DNA of 64,000 nt from Macrostomum hystrix (lineage: Eukaryota; Animalia; Platyhelminthes). Below are positions 57,886 through 64,000 of the stretch, in pieces. Under the pieces are notes generated by a model that saw only the letters and a list, made by a program, of their open reading frames with translations, had not been told where the DNA came from and made no database searches. Both the position numbers and the translations under genes were made by a program. Numbering within the stretch: position 1 is the stretch's first letter; each line of letters starts with the position of its first letter. Location of the stretch: contig CATNEN010000005.1 in assembly GCA_950097015.1 (NCBI GenBank), forward strand, positions 3,968,001 to 4,032,000, written 5' to 3'.

Positions 57886-60800
57886 ATGGCTGCGAATATT
57901 GCGACTGTTGCCAAAAGCTATGAACTGCTAAGGAAAGAGTGGGAACGCGACTCTTGTGATCTTAACCGATGTGGTGAAATTCTGAAGACTCTTAAGGTAA
58001 GATTTTGTATATTTGGTTACTGGCATTTATTTTTTACTGTAATATCCAGCAGTCCGTCAATGGTGTTTTTTAAATTGCCATAAATTAGTGTTCCGCTATA
58101 AGTATCACTATATTATAACTAACTCTGCTATGACTAAATTTGGCTGCCACTTACATTTCTCAGTTCCCGTTAAATAAATTATACTTACAGCTATATATTA
58201 CATGGGAGTAATATTATTATTAAACCCATCTTGTTTGATTCCATAACTGAACATAAAATTAACAAAGCAAAGTAAATTTGACTGCAATAATCCATTTAAT
58301 TTTAGAGAATAGAAACTTGTAATACATTTTCCCATATGTTTTTAAAGTTAAAATAACTATTGTTTGTTGCTGCAATCCCTAACTCTGTAACACAATTAGT
58401 ATTTGAATCTATCTCACTGCCAAGACATCATTATTAAGAAATTAAGAAATCTTTCAATTCTATATTAGTATACATCAAAAATTTTCATCTGCTACATGAC
58501 AGGCATTATGGTGGAAAACCTGGTTATGATGGAACATAGAAAAATCAGTGGGTGAGAAGGCTGCTATACTGAAGGATCAGTGGGTAAGAGAAGGCTGCCA
58601 CACTAAACCCTCAAGTTAACTTATGTGCAATTGCAATTATAAAGCTTTGTAAAAAGTGCATTTTTCAACTATAATAATGTGAAATAACCAACTCTTTTTA
58701 TATTGTCTTTTTAACTTATCTTAAAAGCCATGACTATATTTAGTTACTACCAAAGGCCTTAGTATATACTGCAAATGCTTTGATTTGAGCATGCATGACA
58801 GTGTTATGATCTGACCATAGTATTATATATGATACACCACTATAAACAAATTTGCACTATGCCTCAGTGTGGCCTTGCCAGACCTATAGTTTACAAGTTT
58901 TAAATGGTGCTATATAATATACTGGTAAAATAATTTTCTATTATCTATGGTAAACCAAAAGTATGCCACATTTTACATTGCAAAATCATTTTAATGGCAA
59001 TTTAAATAAGCCATTAAAAAATCCTACAGAAAGTTTACTAGAGACAAGAGTTTAGTTTACTATGTTAAAATGTATTACAAAAGCTCAACCAAAATAAACA
59101 GTTTAATAGCTTTGGCATACCCCTTTGCCATACCATTTGAGCTTAAGTAAAGGGTAAAGTTTTGAATGTTTAGCACACCAAGTTTAGCTTACCAAACTTT
59201 TGAAAAAAAACATTCAACAATCCAACAAGTTTTAAAGCTATATAATATATATATTTATTCACAATATCAACAGTGCTTCCTTAAATCTGAAAGTTTTTTA
59301 ATGCTTTGAATAAAAAAAGACTTGCTAACAATGTTTCTGTTTTTTACATGCTTAGGATGTTTATAAAAACTTAAAAACTTGTCTTACAGAAAATGCATAG
59401 ATTATTTTTCAATTTCTTTTTTTTCTGAGACTTATTCAGAAAAATAGGAGACATGGTTAGAGCCACTCATTGAATGTCTAGCAGCTACATCTAGATAAAA
59501 GTGCATGACCAGCAAAGTTGGCGATGATGCAGACATATTTGGGTGCCATTCTGATAAATTTTAAAGGCCTTGCAAGGCCACATTGAGGCACAGTGCAAAT
59601 TTGTGTATAGGGTATATAAAATACACTAGCTCTTATAGCAAAAATCACCTTCAGCCAGAGCCTCAAGAACCTCAATTGAAATAATATTCAATGTAGATTG
59701 CATTTTCATTTAGATAACATTAAATTTAGGTTATATTTATAGCTGTTTATTAACATATGTGGCTCATTTCATGTACTAATAATATCAATGAATGCTATTA
59801 AAGCTAGTTCACCATTGAAGCAAATGTGGTCCATACAGATGTTCTTTCTCCTGCCCACTTGGGGAAATCTATAGAGTATGCCTATAGATTTTACTGCACA
59901 TCTAAAATTAAATATAGACTGTGAGCCTGCATCTGACAGTGTCAATTATTTCACCATTTTTAGATTTCTTTGCTCAATTATTCATTCCTGCCTGAGTCCC
60001 AGTCTGGTGCCAGTCAACAAGAGCTTCTAATTGCTCGTAAGTTAATGAGCATTTTCTGTGATATTGACAGTTAAATTGTCAAAAAATTCATTTATATATG
60101 AAGAATTTGACAGTCGTTACACATTTGTAAATGAAATCCATCTTGGTTTGAAATAAAGGCAATACACTTGAGATTGGCGCACTTCACGCCATCTCCTCGA
60201 ATGATGTGTCCGCTTTTGAGCGCTACCTGTCACAGTTGAAGTGCTACTATTTCGACTACAAAGGCCAGCTGCCACAGTCGCCATATGAGCACGAATTGCT
60301 CGGCTTGAATCTGCTCTACCTGCTGTGCGAGAGTCGTCTAGCCGACTTTCATTCTGAATTGGAACGGCTCAGCGATCAACAGATGGATAGCGTCTACATT
60401 CGGCACCCGGTGTCTATGGAGCAATACCTGATGGAGGGCAGCTACAATAAGGCGAGTTTTGTGTTAAATAATTTTTTTTCTGTCGTTAACTTTATCATGT
60501 TATAGTGGCAAAAATTGTCGCGTTTGCCATTTACATCAAAGTCCCCGAGCTCGATTCCGCGGCGAGGCCACATTCATTTAGGGCGCAGCTGCGTGGAGAA
60601 AGCTTGTGGGCTTGTCGTGCAATTTAGGCACCTGAGGGCCAGCCTTCAAGGCACAGTGAGAGTGTACACTGCCTGACGATGAGAAAATCAGGGCCGATGT
60701 ACACCCTTGTGTGAGTGTGCGCCTGCGCCTGCGCGTCCACTGTCACCAAATGATGTGCCATTTTCAGCAGCTCTCCAGCAATTATATTATTATTAATCCT

Positions 60801-61199
60801 ATGTACTCAAATTGACGAGTGAAATTTTACACTAGTTTTGATATATTGACTTACTCGTATTTACTAAAACTGCAGGTGTTCCTATCCAAAGGCAATGTGC
60901 CATCTGAGCGCTACAATCTATTTATGAACATTCTGTTTAACACCACTCGCGACGCCATCGCCAAATGCATGGAGGCCAGCTATGAGCGCATCGAACTACG
61001 CGAAGCCCAACGCATGCTATTCTTCGACAGCCTGGAAGCCATGGAACGCTATCGTCAAGGCCGTGGATGGCAGCTAGCTGAACGTACCCGCGAATTCGTC
61101 TTTCAAAAGGCGCCCTCCGATGCCCAGAAGCGATTCCCGGCTGAGCGAGTCTCCGAAACCATGCTGCACTACGCTGCGGAGCTGGACAAAATTGTCTAA
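57886..61199 (+). CDS. PSMD8: 26S proteasome non-ATPase regulatory subunit 8 (Rpn12)
   Basis: Exons 57886-57996, 59964-60036, 60159-60451, 60876-61199. Motifs [55 protein letters not shown]|[18 protein letters not shown] match Rpn12. Third intron is GC-AG. An in-frame ATG at 57877 is an alternative start. Confidence 0.95.
60520..60795 (+). mobile_element. SINE S1 copy in PSMD8 intron 3
   Basis: gagctcgattccgcggcgaggccacattc...ctgacgatgagaaa.tcagggc...tattattatt tail. Confidence 0.88.
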
Positions 61200-63142
61200 A
61201 CTGATTTATTATTTTCTCACTCTGATGCTTTGGCTGAATTATTTAAGCTAACTATACAGTGTACTTGACACCCGAGTGTTATAATCCTGTCTGACTTAAA
61301 GAAGCAAGTCTTCAGTTACCCTTTCTCTCTTTTCCAACGCGTCCTTAGCAACCCCTAGTGCTGCGTTTATTCGTTTATAGCACTTTACTGTGTAAAACGT
61401 CTCTCTGTGCTAATAAATCCTGTGCTCTAGGTGGGAATTAAAAATCTGCTTCTTTATAGGAATTTTCGGGTATCTGTAACGCCAGTCCGTTATTCATGTT
61501 TAATAAAATCAGCAAAAATTTACTCTCTACTTGTTTCAATTAATACAATCGAAGGAATGCAAGTTTGGAACACAACGCAACAGAAACGTACTGTCTAAGA
61601 GGCTGGGAATCCGTTATTATTATTTTAGAAGATCAAGATTAAAATTTAGTGTACCCGAAACAAATTGCTACTTAGGTTATTTCTTTTTTGTTGCAGTGTA
61701 CTTCAAAGTTGAATTTGATCAGTCAGAATTTTTATTCGTGTAGTTGTATGTAAATATTTGATTAAGCATAAGTATCTAAACACAAATGTGCTTATGAACT
61801 AATGCTGATACTTCATGCTACTAATGCTTAACGCAAGTAACGTTAGTATACACACGCAAAACATAACAACCAGAAATAGAAAACGTTTTGCAGACTTTTA
61901 ATTAGCATTAGTAATAGCTATTCGGATATCAATATGAAGTTATAACTGTAATAATAAGTGAATAGGTTATAAAGTACCTATGTTTCGTTATCGCTAACAA
62001 AGCAAGAACTTTTGTCTTCAATATACGAACAGACACTTTACCGTCTTTTAATGTAAAATCATTCCGGAACAAAAATAAAACAATGTAATTGTGATGGTGT
62101 AATTTATTTTTGCATTTTTTGCTAAAGAAAAAAATAAAAAAATGGTTTTGAAAAAATATATTTAACTTTATAATTTTAAAAGACTACTTTGTGACGCAAT
62201 AAATACATTTTTAAATCAACGACGCTCTTGTTCAATGAAGTAACTATGAATTAACCAACCTCAGTTTTTTAATATGCTAAGCTAAGTTACTGGCTCTTTT
62301 GTATTGTATTAGTTATTTAAACAAAGTATGATTACTATATCATGTTGCAACTCTTTCTTCCCATCACCTGGATGGAATTTCGATCTTTTTTATTGTTATT
62401 CGATAGAAAGCAGAATAGCTTAACGGATCTAAGATGCAAACAAACTTCAAGTTAGACTTGGCACATGTTGCTTAAATGCTTAATGATGTCTGAACTAATA
62501 GACGAAAAAGGAAATTATGAATATCTAAAGCTCTATATTCTGACTTAAATAATGTAAAATATAAATTTATCAAAAACAATATTCGATTTGAAAAAAAGCT
62601 GCTTGCTGCTTTATGTCTAAGCTTAGACATAGCTAGGCTTTGATAGGCTGGCAGACTCCAACACAAAGAAAGAATTTTTTACATGTTATGCCTTCCTGCA
62701 CTGTCTATTGTACAATTCTCAGATATAAAAATCAATTTAAACTTCAATACAGCACACAGAGAAAAAATATGCCTTACATTAGAGTAATTAGACAAGTTTC
62801 AGATTATGGAATTTCTTGTACACTAGAATTTTATAATTTATTTGTGGCAATATGCCTAGCTAGTAAAATAAGGTGGCCTGGTAATGTTTTATTTTGTTTA
62901 GTTTTTAAACAGATGTGAACTCATGCAACCATAGTAAGGTATAAACTGTGGTCACAAAGGTCACAGACATGCAGATGTAGCTTTGCAAGGTTTTATGTGC
63001 TGACATGGATTTGGGGAGGGCTTAAGTGCCATAGACATATGCAGGCTTTGTGTGTGTGCTAGGACTGGGAATGATTGGGCAAAATATAGAAGTGCAATAT
63101 TGATTTCCTAACTACTATATTTCTATACTTTTCTTAACTGTA

Positions 63143-64000
63143 TCTATATATATAAAAGTGAAAACTCTGTCTGTCTGTCTGTCTGTCTGTGTGCAACCTT
63201 TTGTCTTTATAGACGCCGAAACCGCTCAACCAAATCGCACCAAACTTTGCACATACCTAAAACCACCTACGCTGAGTGCAATAGGCTACTCAAATTCCCG
63301 AAAAATCATTTCCTTCCTGCTCAAAAGTGCAAAAAACTGCTCAAAAATCGTCAAAAAATCACTCAATTCGACATATCGTCGCCCCACTTTGTCAGATTTT
63401 CTCCAAATTTGATCCACTTACACTTTACATGTTTTCCAACAATGCTGTCAATTTTGAACATCTCTACTCAATCCAGAGCAAAGCTGCATCATCTCAAAGT
63501 GAGTCACTTTTTGTTTTTCGAGGACAGCCACCCCAACTCCCCTCCGCCACTCTGCGGGCCAAATTTTATTACAGCCACCCCCTCCCTTCCCGGGCGCCGA
63601 AGCCCCAGACTGTACATTGTATTTCAAGCCGTGAATGTACACAGCCCAAACCCCTAGACTGTCTACTGGCCCCCAAGCAGCACTGAGACTGAGTGCGGTG
63701 AGTGCGGTGGCGTCCCAGTGCGCAGGGCTCTCCGGTCGATATTTCTCTCCAGCCAGCCTGGAAGAGAGAGGCTGGCGTTTACTGGCTGTCAGAGAGGGCA
63801 ATTCTGTGTCCTAGAAATGATGCCGCCAACTACCAACTGCTTCAGGAGTTGCCAGGTGCAGTTTTCACCTACAAGTCAATTGATACAACGTTGACTGATG
63901 ACACCGCTGTGGAGTATCCTGTTGAGTTTCTGAACTCTCTAGATCCTCCTGGAACTCCATCGCACAACTTGCAGCTGAAAGTTGGGGCACCAATTATGCT
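63143..64000 (+). mobile_element. Helitron deletion derivative (5' end plus helicase fragment), runs off the window
   Basis: A|TCTATATATATAAAAG 5' terminus followed by (ctgt)n and aaaccgctcaacc, typical of invertebrate Helitron 5' ends. Frame from 63783 reads WLSERAILCPRND...YKSID...[29 protein letters not shown] (Pif1-like Helitron helicase). Confidence 0.9.

Overview
Eukaryotic, repeat-rich invertebrate genomic DNA. Short introns, poly-Q/poly-A coding tracts and dense simple repeats suggest a flatworm such as Macrostomum, but that is inference only. Four spliced protein-coding genes can be reconstructed by hand with phase-compatible junctions. (1) A PDE4/dunce cAMP phosphodiesterase (+, 3904-17937) with several candidate alternative first exons and intronic CRE sites. 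(2) A divergent two-exon innexin (-, 26165-29211). (3) A 26-exon gene of about 1745 aa (-, 34073-57432) joining an ERICH3-like (DUF4590) N-terminus, four PLAT/LH2 domains and an LRRC73-like leucine-rich-repeat C-terminus. (4) PSMD8/Rpn12 (+, 57886-61199), head-to-head with gene 3 and containing a GC-AG intron. Between and inside these genes are at least three tRNA-derived SINE families (one with about 15 copies), non-autonomous TIR elements, a deleted mariner, a Gypsy remnant nested in a DNA element, a deleted Helitron and more than a dozen satellites. The most unusual observations are the ERICH3-PLAT-LRR architecture, an intronic 22-bp satellite in which most units carry a perfect CRE plus a CCAAT box, an intronic satellite made of repeated 3' splice-site-like units, and a 2.3-kb higher-order G-quadruplex-prone array. 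No database searches could be run, so novelty is unverified.
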